A stretch of 64,000 nucleotides of DNA from Vicinamibacterales bacterium (GTDB lineage: Bacteria; Acidobacteriota; Vicinamibacteria; Vicinamibacterales; UBA2999), in NCBI GenBank assembly GCA_030680175.1, contig JAUXWO010000090.1, positions 9,933 through 73,932 of the forward strand, written 5' to 3'. Each line of letters begins with the position of its first letter. The stretch's first letter is position 1. Below the pieces are notes generated by a model. That model had not been told where the DNA came from, did not search any database, and saw nothing but the letters and a program-made list of their open reading frames with translations. Below, piece after piece: positions 27,703 to 35,848 of the stretch. A program made the translations under genes and the position numbers.

Positions 27703-28092
27703 ATGTATTACCTGCTGGTCGGCCTCTACGTCGTCATCTGTCTGGTGCTCATCGTCGTCGTTCTCCTGCAGCAGGGGAAGGGCGGGGACATCGCGGCCGC
27801 GTTTGGCGGCGGCGGCAGCCAGGCGGCCTTTGGCGCGCGCGCCGGGGCCACGTTCCTCACGAAGATGACGGCGGGGCTGGCCGTGTCGTTCATGGTGCTC
27901 GCGCTCGGCCTCGCGATTTGGGGCCAGCAGGGACCAGGGTCGGTGGTCGGCGGCGTCGATGGGCCGCCGCAAGTGCCGGCCGGCATCACGCTGCCTGCGG
28001 ACAGCCCCGTGCCGACGCCGACGCCGACGCCGCCACCGCAGCCCGAGCAGCCCCAGACGCCCGAAGGCGGCACGCCGCCCCAGGGTCAGTAG
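27703..28092 (+). CDS. secG: Preprotein translocase subunit SecG (with Pro-rich C-terminal tail)
   Basis: This is the internal ATG of ORF 27205..28092. The sequence [47 protein letters not shown]-like is the SecG signature. A tRNA-Leu follows, as in many bacteria. Confidence 0.85.
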   Translation: [129 protein letters not shown]

Positions 28093-28138
28093 TTTTCGAC
28101 CGCGGGCCCCGGCCCGCACGTGTAAGTCCCCTCTCGAC

Positions 28139-28224
28139 GCGGAAGTGGCGGAATGGCAGACGCACCAGCTTGAGGGGCTGGCGGGGGCAACCCCGTGGAG
28201 GTTCGAGTCCTCTCTTCCGCACCA
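28139..28224 (+). tRNA. tRNA-Leu (anticodon GAG)
   Basis: The acceptor stem is GCGGAAG/CTTCCGC. The anticodon stem-loop is CCAGC-TTGAGGG-GCTGG. It has a long variable arm (CGGGGGCAACCCCGT), T-loop GGTTCGAGTCC, and encoded CCA. Length is 86 nt. Confidence 0.9.
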
Positions 28225-28602
28225 ACCTCAAGGCCCGCTTCAGGCGGGCCTTTCGTTTTGGTGCCTCAGCGGGACTCAGCCACTCGGTCGTCGCGCTCCG
28301 CGCTCGACCTGGAGGGGTCGAGTCCCTGGTTCCGCACCAACCTCAAGGCCCGCTTCAGGCGGGCCTTTCGCTTTGGTGCCTCGAGAGGACTCAGCCACTC
28401 GGTCGTCGCGCTCCGCGCTCGACCTGGAGAGGTCGAGTCCCTGGTTCCGCACCAACCTCAAGGCCCCTTCAGGCGGGCCTTTCGCTTTGGTGCCTCGAGA
28501 GGACTCAGCCACTCGGTCGTCGCGCTCCGCGCTCGACCTGGAGAGGTCGAGTCCCTGGTTCCGCACCAACCTCAAGGCCCCTTCAGATGGGCCTTTTGTC
28601 GC
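28225..28602. repeat. 3.3 tandem copies of a 115-bp unit, each with a terminator hairpin and a mimic of the tRNA-Leu 3' end
   Basis: The units are 28225-28339, 28340-28454 and 28455-28568, with a partial unit at 28569-28602. Each unit ends in gtcgagtccctggttccgcacca, compared with the genuine gttcgagtcctctcttccgcacca. Confidence 0.9.
28230..28260 (+). terminator. Intrinsic terminator after tRNA-Leu
   Basis: The stem aaggcccgc / gcgggcctt has loop ttcag and is followed by tcgttttg. The same hairpin recurs at the start of each 115-bp repeat unit. Confidence 0.7.
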
Positions 28603-28690
28603 AATAACTTACGCCTCGATTAGCGCAATAACCTATTAATAGCTCAACTTAATAACCTATGATATGCGTGACGCCATTCCCTATGAATGG
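28603..28690. other. AT-rich junction with three direct AATAACYTA words
   Basis: The sequence is gcaataacttacgcctcgattagcgcaataacctattaatagctcaacttaataacctatgatatg. Its composition contrasts sharply with the rest of the window. Confidence 0.7.
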
Positions 28691-28721
28691 CCCGCCGCAC
28701 CCGTGACCCTGGATACAAGCG

Positions 28722-30287
28722 ATGGCAACGCCGCAGGAAAAGCTGGCTGAGTCTCTTGATGCCCTGCACGCGCTGCAGGCGCGCAGCGTGGCAATCCGCT
28801 CCGCTGATTTGAGCCGTACGCACCGCGAGCGCCTGCTCGGCGCCGGTTTCCTGCGGGAAGTGATCAAGGGCTGGTATGTCCCCGCGCGGCCGGACGAGGT
28901 GCCGGGCGACAGCACGCCGTGGTACGCCTCGTTCTGGGATTTCTGCGCCGCCTATCTGGCCGCGCGCTTCGGGAAGGACTGGTGCCTTTCTCCCGAGCAA
29001 TCGCTCTCCTTGCACGCCGGTAACAGGGCCGTGCCGGCGCAGCTGCTCGTGCGCACGCCCAAGGGCGGCAACAAGCCCACCGCGCTGCCGCATGGCACGT
29101 CGCTGTTTGATGTGCGCTATGCGATGCCGAAAGACAGCGAGGTCGTCGAGCGCGATGGTCTGCGGCTGTTCTCCGTTCCGGCGGCACTGGTGACGATATC
29201 GGAGCAGCACTTCGGCCGTGCGGCAACGGATGTGCGCGCAGCCATGGCGGGCGTCAAGGACGCCTCTGACGTGCTTGCCGTCCTGCTCGAGGGCGGCCAC
29301 AGCACGATCGCCGGGCGCCTGGCCGGCGCGTTCCGCAATGTCGGACAGGCGCGTATCGCCGACGGGATTCTCAAGACGATGACAGCGGCCGGCTACACGG
29401 TGCGGGAGAGCGATCCGTTCGAGGACCAGCCGGGCATCGTGCTGGCCGGCCGTGACGTTTCGCCCTACGTGAACCGCATTCGCCTGATGTGGGATGCGAT
29501 GCGTCAGCCTGCGCTGGATGCGTTTCCTGCCGCACCCGGACTCTCCCGCCAGCTGGAGACGTATCTGAAAGCCGTCGAGGACGTGTATGTGAACGATGCC
29601 TACCACTCCCTGTCGATTGAGGGCTACCGGGTCAGCCGCGAGCTCATCGAACGTGTGCGCAGCGGTGCGTGGAATCCCGATCAGAACGCCGAGGATCGTG
29701 AGAATCGCAGTGCACTCGCTGCGCGCGGGTACTACGATGCGTTCGGCGCAGTGAAGGCGAGTATCGGGAACGTGCTGCGCGGCGATAATCCTGGGATAGT
29801 CAGCCGCGATGATCACTCTGGCTGGTACCGGCGCCTGTTCGGACCGAGCGTGAGCGCGGGTCTCATCCGCGCTGCCGATCTGGCGGGCTACCGCAGCGGA
29901 CCGGTTTATATCCGGCGCTCGATGCATGTGCCGCCGCCGCGCGAGGCGGTGCGCGATTGCATGCCGGCGCTGTTCGAGCTTCTCGCGTCGGAGCCTGAAC
30001 CGGCTGTGCGCGCCGTGCTCGGGCACTTCGCGTTCGTTTACATCCATCCTTATATGGACGGCAACGGAAGGATGGGGCGCTTCCTGATGAATGTGATGAT
30101 GGCTGCGGGCGGCTACCCGTGGACCATCATTCCCCTTGAGCGGCGTGACGAGTACATGGCCACGCTCGAATCCGCGAGCGTGAAGCAGGACATCCGCCCG
30201 TTTGCGGCTTTCATCGGCGGCCTGGTGCGCGACGGCCTGCAAGGCAAGCCGCCGCCGCCCGTGCCGCTTCCGCGCGCGCGGTCATGA
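28722..30287 (+). CDS. Fic/DOC family protein (large, with N-terminal AbiEi-like domain)
   Basis: The Fic core motif is HPYMDGNGRMGR (HxFx[D/E]GNGRxxR). An upstream SLSIEG matches the [S/T]xxxE[G/N] inhibitory-helix motif. The N-terminus (RERLLGAGFLREVIKGWYVPARPDE) resembles AbiEi-type wHTH domains. Confidence 0.9.
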   Translation: MATPQEKLAESLDALHALQARSVAIRSADLSRTHRERLLGAGFLREVIKGWYVPARPDEVPGDSTPWYASFWDFCAAYLAARFGKDWCLSPEQSLSLHAGNRAVPAQLLVRTPKGGNKPTALPHGTSLFDVRYAMPKDSEVVERDGLRLFSVPAALVTISEQHFGRAATDVRAAMAGVKDASDVLAVLLEGGHSTIAGRLAGAFRNVGQARIADGILKTMTAAGYTVRESDPFEDQPGIVLAGRDVSPYVNRIRLMWDAMRQPALDAFPAAPGLSRQLETYLKAVEDVYVNDAYHSLSIEGYRVSRELIERVRSGAWNPDQNAEDRENRSALAARGYYDAFGAVKASIGNVLRGDNPGIVSRDDHSGWYRRLFGPSVSAGLIRAADLAGYRSGPVYIRRSMHVPPPREAVRDCMPALFELLASEPEPAVRAVLGHFAFVYIHPYMDGNGRMGRFLMNVMMAAGGYPWTIIPLERRDEYMATLESASVKQDIRPFAAFIGGLVRDGLQGKPPPPVPLPRARS

Positions 30288-30324
30288 AGGGCGCGGCGGA
30301 TCGAGGCCTCGGCAAGGGATGTGC

Positions 30325-30358
30325 GGGCGGCCCGGTAGTGGAACGTCAACGACACCCC
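30325..30358. repeat. Half copy (right arm) of the 112-bp palindromic element
   Basis: gggcggcccggtagtggaacgtcaacgacacccc aligns with gggcggcccggtagtagatcgtcaacgacac(g/c)cc in copies A and B. Confidence 0.75.
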
Positions 30359-30666
30359 CTTTAATCCCGGTCGGCCCTTGCGTTGGCGTTGCGGAGGCCG
30401 ACGTGGGAGGCGCGCGATGGGCGTCAGTACGCAACGTGCGCCGCAGGGAGCGTGCGCTTTCGAGCGCCGGCGCCGTAGGCCCAGCCGAAGGGGGGCCGGG
30501 TAGGCGCGGCGCGATGGGCGTCAGCACGAAAGCGCTCGCGCACGGAGGCGCAGGTGGCGAGCGCGCCCTCCCGGAGGCCGGAGCGACGGCAACGCAAGGG
30601 CCGATCGCGATTTGGGGGGGGGCGGGACTGCGGCGAGGCCGGTCTTTAGGTACGGAGCGAGAATCC

Positions 30667-30969
30667 CTACGGCTTGACCGGCGTGGCCGCCGTCTCCCCC
30701 GCCACCGTCGTCCACTCCCGCACTTCCCAACTCACCACCAGGCCGTTCAACACGTACGGGTCCGTCTTCGCGAACGTTTCCGGCACCTCGCGTGACTCGG
30801 CGCGGAAGAGCAGCACGGCGCCGTCCACCGGGTCAGTCAGCGCGCCGCCAAGCACGAGCTCCCCGCGCGCGGAGGCCGCCCACGCCTTCTCGAGGTGCAC
30901 CTGCCGGAACGCCGCCCGCCGCTCGAGGTAGTCGGGGGAGGTCTTGTAGAAGAGAAGGAAGTGTTTCAT
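30667..30969 (-). CDS. YciI-like (DGPF domain) protein
   Basis: The protein is 100 aa. MKHFLLFYKTSPDYLERRAAFRQVHLEKAW...GGALTDPVDGAVLLF...DPYVLNGLV is the typical YciI family pattern. Confidence 0.8.
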   Translation of the reverse strand: MKHFLLFYKTSPDYLERRAAFRQVHLEKAWAASARGELVLGGALTDPVDGAVLLFRAESREVPETFAKTDPYVLNGLVVSWEVREWTTVAGETAATPVKP

Positions 30970-30971
30970 TC

Positions 30972-31147
30972 AGATATCTCGCGATGTCGTGATGTGGTGA
31001 TCTGGTGATGGGATGTGCGATGTCAGGATCTCACGATCTATCTCGTGAGCTGCCCCGATCTCTCGATCTGCGTCCCCGCCGACAGCGGCGCGCCTTGTGC
31101 CGAGAGCCGGAAGCCGAAAGCCGATCGCTGATCGCTGATCGCTGACC
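30972..31147. repeat. Composite repeat field: GATCT/GTGATGTG words, then seven GCYGANN heptamers
   Basis: The first part reads gatatctcgcgatgtcgtgatgtggtgatctggtgatgggatgtgcgatg...gatctctcgatctg. The second reads gccgaga gccggaa gccgaaa gccgatc gctgatc gctgatc gctgacc. Confidence 0.85.
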
Positions 31148-31162
31148 GCCAGCGCGCAAGCG

Positions 31163-31345
31163 TCACACCCGCGCTGGCCTCCCCTTGAGCGGACAGGTGT
31201 CGCAGTTCAGCGACTCGCCGTCCGGGCCGAGCACCTCGGGGCCGCCGCAGGATCCACGCAGGCAGCGGTCTGAGAAGAGCACACCGACGGCCATCGCCAG
31301 CATGGCGATCCCGATGACGGCGATGGTGAGCAGCAGCAGTCCCAT
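31163..31345 (-). CDS. nqrM: (Na+)-NQR maturation factor NqrM
   Basis: The protein is 60 aa with one N-terminal TM helix. It has the conserved Cys pattern RGSCGG...CDTCP. Its start overlaps the apbE stop (TAATG). Confidence 0.75.
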   Translation of the reverse strand: MGLLLLTIAVIGIAMLAMAVGVLFSDRCLRGSCGGPEVLGPDGESLNCDTCPLKGRPARV

Positions 31346-32412
31346 TACGGTCTTCCCGCCGGCGCGGCCAGCGCCTCGAAGCGCGGCGTGCCCCGGCTCT
31401 CGAACCCGTCGCCGCCCTCGGCGCGGACGATGAAGAGGGCCGCGAGGTCGAGCGACTCGGCCAGCGCGTAGCCCTCGTCAGGGCCGAGCACCATGAGCGC
31501 CGTCGAGAGCCCGTCCGCGCGAACCCCGAGCGCGTCGACCACGGTCACCGACGCCAGCCGGTGGCGGATGGGCCGGCCCGTCCGCGGGTCCAGGATGTGC
31601 GCCACGCGCACGCCCTCCACCTCATGATAGTTCCGGTAGTCGCCGGAGGTCGCAATGGCGCCGTCGGTGATGGGGATCATCCGCTCGATGAACCGCCCCT
31701 GCTCGGTCGGACGCTCGACGGCGATCTGCCACGGCGTGCCCGCGTCGTTGAAGCCGCGCACGCGAAACTCCCCGCCGACATCCACCAGGAAATCCGTCGC
31801 GCCGCGCTCGACGAGGAGCGCGGCCAGGCGATCCGCCGCATAGCCGGGCGCCAGCGACGAGAACTCGCAGACGATGTCGGGCCGCAGCTTGCGGACGGTG
31901 CGGGCCTCGGCGTCGAGGACGACGTGGCGCAGGCCGGTGCCCTCGAGCAGGCGCGCGACCTCCGCGTCCGTCGGCGCCAGGTCACGCGGGCCGGCAGGGC
32001 CGAAGCCCCAGGCGTCGAGCAGGGGCCCGACCGTCACGTCCAGCGCGCCGCCGGTCATCGCCTCGAGCGTCCGCGCCCACGCGAACACCTCGAACGTCTC
32101 GGGCGCAACCGGGAACGGGTCGAGGCTGGGGGACTGATTGAAGCGGGAGAGCTCCGACGCGGGGTCCCACGTCGACATCAGCACGTTGATGCGCTCGAGG
32201 TCGGCGCGGATCAGCGCATCGATCTCTGGTGCGCCCGCAAGACCCTCCGGGCCGGTCACCACCTTCACGGTGAACGTGGCGCCCATCGTCGGGCCCGAGA
32301 ACTCGATGGTCTGCCGCGAAGGCGCCGGCGCCCCGGCGCAGGCCGCGACGACGCCCGTCCAGACGAGGAGCCCGCTGGCCGCGACGACACGCCGGAGAGT
32401 GTGGACGTTCAT
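31345..32412 (-). CDS. apbE: FAD:protein FMN transferase
   Basis: It has a lipoprotein-like N-terminus (VVAAC). The ApbE motifs TSGDYRNY and AHILDPRTGRP are present. Confidence 0.9.
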   Translation of the reverse strand: MNVHTLRRVVAASGLLVWTGVVAACAGAPAPSRQTIEFSGPTMGATFTVKVVTGPEGLAGAPEIDALIRADLERINVLMSTWDPASELSRFNQSPSLDPFPVAPETFEVFAWARTLEAMTGGALDVTVGPLLDAWGFGPAGPRDLAPTDAEVARLLEGTGLRHVVLDAEARTVRKLRPDIVCEFSSLAPGYAADRLAALLVERGATDFLVDVGGEFRVRGFNDAGTPWQIAVERPTEQGRFIERMIPITDGAIATSGDYRNYHEVEGVRVAHILDPRTGRPIRHRLASVTVVDALGVRADGLSTALMVLGPDEGYALAESLDLAALFIVRAEGGDGFESRGTPRFEALAAPAGRP

Positions 32413-32428
32413 GCGCCGTGTACCGTGT

Positions 32429-32459
32429 GCCGAAAGCTGATAGCCGACAGCTGAAAGCC
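32429..32459. repeat. Four heptamers GCYGANA (nqrF-apbE spacer)
   Basis: The units read gccgaaa gctgata gccgaca gctgaaa gcc. Confidence 0.8.
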
Positions 32460-32479
32460 CCCGACCTGGCCACCCGTGC

Positions 32480-33706
32480 CTATCCGAAGTCGTCGAACAG
32501 GACGTTCTCGCGCTCGACGCCGAGGTTGTCGAGCATCGTCATGCAGGCCTGCAGCATCATGGGCGGGCCGCACAGGTAGTACTCGATGTCTTCCGGCGCG
32601 GGATGATCCTTCAGGTACTGCGCGAGCACGACCTTGTGGATGAAGCCGGTGTGGCCGGTCCAGTTGTCTTCCGGCAGCGGCTCCGACAGCGCGAGATGCC
32701 ACTTGAAGTTCGGGTAGTCACGCTGGATCGAGTCGAAGTCCTCGACGTAGAACGCCTCGCGCAGGCTGCGGGCGCCGTACCAGAAGGTGACGGTGCGGCC
32801 GGTCTTCACCCGCTTGAACAGGTCGAAGATGTGCGACCGCATCGGCGCCATGCCCGCGCCGCCGCCGATGAACATCATCTCGTTGGCGGTCTCCTTGGTG
32901 AAGAACTCGCCGAAGGGACCGGCGATGGTCACCTTGTCGCCCGGCTTCAGGTTGAAGATGTACGACGACATCACGCCCGGCGGGATGCCCTCGGGGCCCC
33001 GCGGCGGCGGCGACGCGATGCGCACGTTCAACATGATCACGCCGCGCTCATCCGGGTAGTTCGCCATCGAGTAGGCGCGCGACACCGTCTCGTCGACCGT
33101 CGAGACGTAGCGCCACATGTTGAACTTGTCCCAGTCGCCGCGGTACTCGTCCTCGACGTGGAAGTCCTTGTAGTGGGCGACGTGCGGCGGGCACTTGATC
33201 TGGATGTACCCGCCCGCACGGAACGGCACCGACTGGCCCTCCGGCAGCTCGAGCACGAGTTCCTTGATGAAGGTCGCCACGTTCTCGTTCGACCGGACGG
33301 TGCACACCCACTCCTGGACGGAGAAGATCTCGTGCGGCACCTCGATCCGCATGTCGCCCTTCACCTTGACCTGGCAGGTCAGGCGCACGCCCTCGCGTTC
33401 CTCGCCACGGCTGATGTGGCTGCGCTCGGTCGGCAGCACGGCGCCGCCGCCTTCGAGCACCTTGGCCGTGCACACGCCGCACGTGCCCTTCCCGCCGCAC
33501 GCCGAGGGGATGAAGATCTTCTGGTCGGCCAGCGTCGCGAGCAGGGTGCCACCCGCCTGCGTCACGATCGGCTTCGCCTCGTCACCGTTGACGACGATGC
33601 GGACCTGGCCGGTGGCGACGAGCTTGCTGCGGGCCACGAGCAGCAGCCCGACGAGCGCCAGGATGACGCCCGTGAACATGCCGACGCCCATCACGATGGT
33701 GGTCAT
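32480..33706 (-). CDS. nqrF: Na+-translocating NADH:quinone oxidoreductase subunit F
   Basis: It has an N-terminal TM helix and a 2Fe-2S ferredoxin motif ([10 protein letters not shown]). RAYSMANYP is the FAD-binding motif, and [12 protein letters not shown] is the NAD-binding motif. Confidence 0.95.
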   Translation of the reverse strand: MTTIVMGVGMFTGVILALVGLLLVARSKLVATGQVRIVVNGDEAKPIVTQAGGTLLATLADQKIFIPSACGGKGTCGVCTAKVLEGGGAVLPTERSHISRGEEREGVRLTCQVKVKGDMRIEVPHEIFSVQEWVCTVRSNENVATFIKELVLELPEGQSVPFRAGGYIQIKCPPHVAHYKDFHVEDEYRGDWDKFNMWRYVSTVDETVSRAYSMANYPDERGVIMLNVRIASPPPRGPEGIPPGVMSSYIFNLKPGDKVTIAGPFGEFFTKETANEMMFIGGGAGMAPMRSHIFDLFKRVKTGRTVTFWYGARSLREAFYVEDFDSIQRDYPNFKWHLALSEPLPEDNWTGHTGFIHKVVLAQYLKDHPAPEDIEYYLCGPPMMLQACMTMLDNLGVERENVLFDDFG

Positions 33707-33724
33707 TAGTGTCTTGCTCCTGAC

Positions 33725-33814
33725 GCGATCAGCTATCGGCTATCGGCTATCGGCAGGACACCCGCCGGGCATGGCGTGACAGCGTGACGGGCCGAAAGCC
33801 GAAAGCCGAGAGCC
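33725..33814. repeat. Inverted heptamer arrays (CGGCTAT x3 ... GCCGARA x3) inside the nqr operon
   Basis: The left arm is gcgatcagctatcggctatcggctatcggc (33725-33754). The right arm is gccgaaagccgaaagccgagagcc (33791-33814). The arms are imperfect reverse complements separated by a 36-nt loop. Confidence 0.85.
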
Positions 33815-33821
33815 ACTCCCG

Positions 33822-34439
33822 TCACAATTGGATGCCGGCGAAGGCCATGAAGCCGATCGCCATCAGGCCCGTCACGATGAACGTGATGCCCAGCCCCCGG
33901 AGTCCGTCGGGCACGTTGCTGTACCGCATCCGCTCGCGGATGGCGGCCAGCGCGACGATGGCGAGCGCGAAGCCCGTGCCCGCGCCGAACCCGAACACCA
34001 CACTCTCGCCGAACGTGTACGCCCGCTCGACCATGAACAGCGAGGCGCCGAGAATCGCGCAGTTCACGGCGATGAGCGGCAGGAAGATGCCGAGCGTCGC
34101 GTGCAGGGCGGGCACGTACCGCTCGAGCACCATCTCCACGATCTGCACGCTCGCGGCGATCGTCCCGATGTAGGTCAGGAAGCCCAGGAACGTCAGGTCG
34201 TACTGCCCGAGCGCCGGATGCACCCACGCCAGGCCGCCGTCCTTGAGCAGGTAGTGGAAGATCAGGTTGTTGAGCGGCACGGTGATCGTCTCGACGAAGA
34301 TCACCGCCAGCCCGAGGCCGACCGCCGTCTCGACCTTCTTCGACACCGCCAGGAACGAGCACATGCCCAGGAAGAAGGCCAGGGCCATGTTCTCGACGAA
34401 GATCGCCTTCACGGCGAGGTTCAGATAGTGTTCGACCAC
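33822..34439 (-). CDS. nqrE: Na+-NQR subunit E
   Basis: The protein is polytopic and 205 aa. [22 protein letters not shown] is typical of NqrE/RnfA. It has a GTG start. Confidence 0.95.
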   Translation of the reverse strand: MVEHYLNLAVKAIFVENMALAFFLGMCSFLAVSKKVETAVGLGLAVIFVETITVPLNNLIFHYLLKDGGLAWVHPALGQYDLTFLGFLTYIGTIAASVQIVEMVLERYVPALHATLGIFLPLIAVNCAILGASLFMVERAYTFGESVVFGFGAGTGFALAIVALAAIRERMRYSNVPDGLRGLGITFIVTGLMAIGFMAFAGIQL

Positions 34440-34440
34440 C

Positions 34441-35067
34441 TTACGCCTCCGCCTTCTCGACCTGGTCGGGCTTCCACGTGCGCAGCCCCCAGATGAGCAG
34501 CCCGATCAGGAAGAACGCGCCGGGCGCGAGCACCATCAACCCGTTCGGGGTGTACCACCCGCCCTCCGCCGCCAGCGGCAGCACCGGCTGATTGAAGAAC
34601 GTGCCCGACCCGAGCACCTCGCGGAACGCGCCGACCACCATCAGCACGATGCCGTAGCCCAGGCCGTTGCCGAGACCGTCGGCCAGGCTGTCGGTGGGCC
34701 CGTTCTGCATCGCGAAGGCCTCGGCGCGGCCCATCACGATGCAATTGGTGATGATGAGCCCGACAAACACCGAGAGCTGCTTCGAGATGTCGAAGAGGTA
34801 GGCCTTCAGCACCTGGTCCACGATGATCACGAGCGACGCGATGATCGTGAGCTGGACGATGATCCGGATGTTGGTCGGGATCAGGTTCCGGAGCAGGCTC
34901 ACCGTCAGGTTCGACCCCGACAGCACGAACACGACCGCCGCCGCCATGACGACGGAGGTCTCCATCTTGGTCGTCACCGCGAGCGCCGAGCAGATGCCGA
35001 GCACCTGCAGCGCGATCGGGTTGTTGTTGAACAGCGGATCCAGCAGGACGTCCCGCGTCTTAGCCAT
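34441..35067 (-). CDS. nqrD: Na+-NQR subunit D
   Basis: [25 protein letters not shown] is the NqrD/RnfE signature. ATG 35067 is preferred over the upstream GTG 35076. Confidence 0.95.
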   Translation of the reverse strand: MAKTRDVLLDPLFNNNPIALQVLGICSALAVTTKMETSVVMAAAVVFVLSGSNLTVSLLRNLIPTNIRIIVQLTIIASLVIIVDQVLKAYLFDISKQLSVFVGLIITNCIVMGRAEAFAMQNGPTDSLADGLGNGLGYGIVLMVVGAFREVLGSGTFFNQPVLPLAAEGGWYTPNGLMVLAPGAFFLIGLLIWGLRTWKPDQVEKAEA

Positions 35068-35848
35068 CGGTGCCACCCTTCTTCAGCTGCGCCAGGTACG
35101 GCCCGTAGCCGTGCTCGCCCAGCCAGAACCGCAGCATGGCGGTCACGCCGCGGCTCGTGATCGTCGCGCCGGCGAGTCCATCCACGCGGTTCGGGTCGGA
35201 CTGCACCGGGCCGGCGCGCCCGCGAATCACCTCGATGGCCAGGTCCCCGTCGGCATCGAGCGCCTGCCGGCCCGGCCAGAGCTGCTTCCATCGCGGGTTG
35301 TCGACCTCGCCCCCGAGGCCGGGGGTCTCCTTGTGCTCGTAGTAGGTGAGCCCGCGGATGGTCGTCAGGTCGGCGTCGAGGGCGACGAAGCCCTTCATCT
35401 TGCCCCACAGCCCCATGCCCTCGATGGGCAGCACGACCAGCTGCAGCGCGCCGTCGGGGCCGCGCTCCTTGTAGACCAGCCCGTGGTTCGCGACACGCGT
35501 CACGCCCGCCGGGTTGCCCGGCACCGCCCGGCTGGTCGCCGGGACTGTCTGGGCGCGGCTGGCGTCGTAGCCGGCCACCGTGAAGGCCGGGTCCTCCTCG
35601 CCGGAGGCCAGCTCCACCGCGGCCACCTCGAACGAGGCGAAGCGCGACTCGACCTCCGCCGCGGCCACGGACTCGTCGGCGCCGAGCAGGCCGGCCGCCA
35701 TCAAGACGTTCTTCTTCCGGTCCAGTTCGACGTTCACGGCCTGCCGGTCGCGCAGCAGCACGGCCGACGAGGACACGAGCACCGCGCAGACGACGCAGAC
35801 CGCCGTCGCAAACCCGACCGTGCGGACGATGTAGCTACGCGGCTGCAC
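35060..35848 (-). CDS. nqrC: Na+-NQR subunit C
   Basis: It has a single TM helix. The FMN-attachment region [12 protein letters not shown] contains the S/T-G-A-T motif. The protein is 262 aa. Confidence 0.9.
   Translation of the reverse strand: MQPRSYIVRTVGFATAVCVVCAVLVSSSAVLLRDRQAVNVELDRKKNVLMAAGLLGADESVAAAEVESRFASFEVAAVELASGEEDPAFTVAGYDASRAQTVPATSRAVPGNPAGVTRVANHGLVYKERGPDGALQLVVLPIEGMGLWGKMKGFVALDADLTTIRGLTYYEHKETPGLGGEVDNPRWKQLWPGRQALDADGDLAIEVIRGRAGPVQSDPNRVDGLAGATITSRGVTAMLRFWLGEHGYGPYLAQLKKGGTDG

Noticed and set aside
28262-28568. Additional tRNA or pseudo-tRNA genes inside the 115-bp units
   Set aside because: Only the last ~24 nt resemble a tRNA (T-arm 3' half, acceptor 3' strand and CCA). 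No complementary 5' acceptor strand, D-arm or anticodon arm could be found upstream.
27918-28639. ORFs of 140-230 aa running through tRNA-Leu and the 115-bp tandem repeats
   Set aside because: They are open only because of the repeats and GC content. They run across a tRNA gene and three terminator hairpins, and their peptides are exact repeats of the DNA unit.
28644-30242. 532-aa minus-strand ORF opposite fic
   Set aside because: The plus-strand frame contains the intact Fic motif and a plausible domain structure. The minus frame is Arg/His/Ala-rich without motifs.
28225-30660. Integrase, recombinase or partner antitoxin gene in the tRNA-Leu islet
   Set aside because: All six frames were inspected. 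Apart from fic there is no ORF with coding-like composition or recognisable motifs, so the islet is treated as a remnant.
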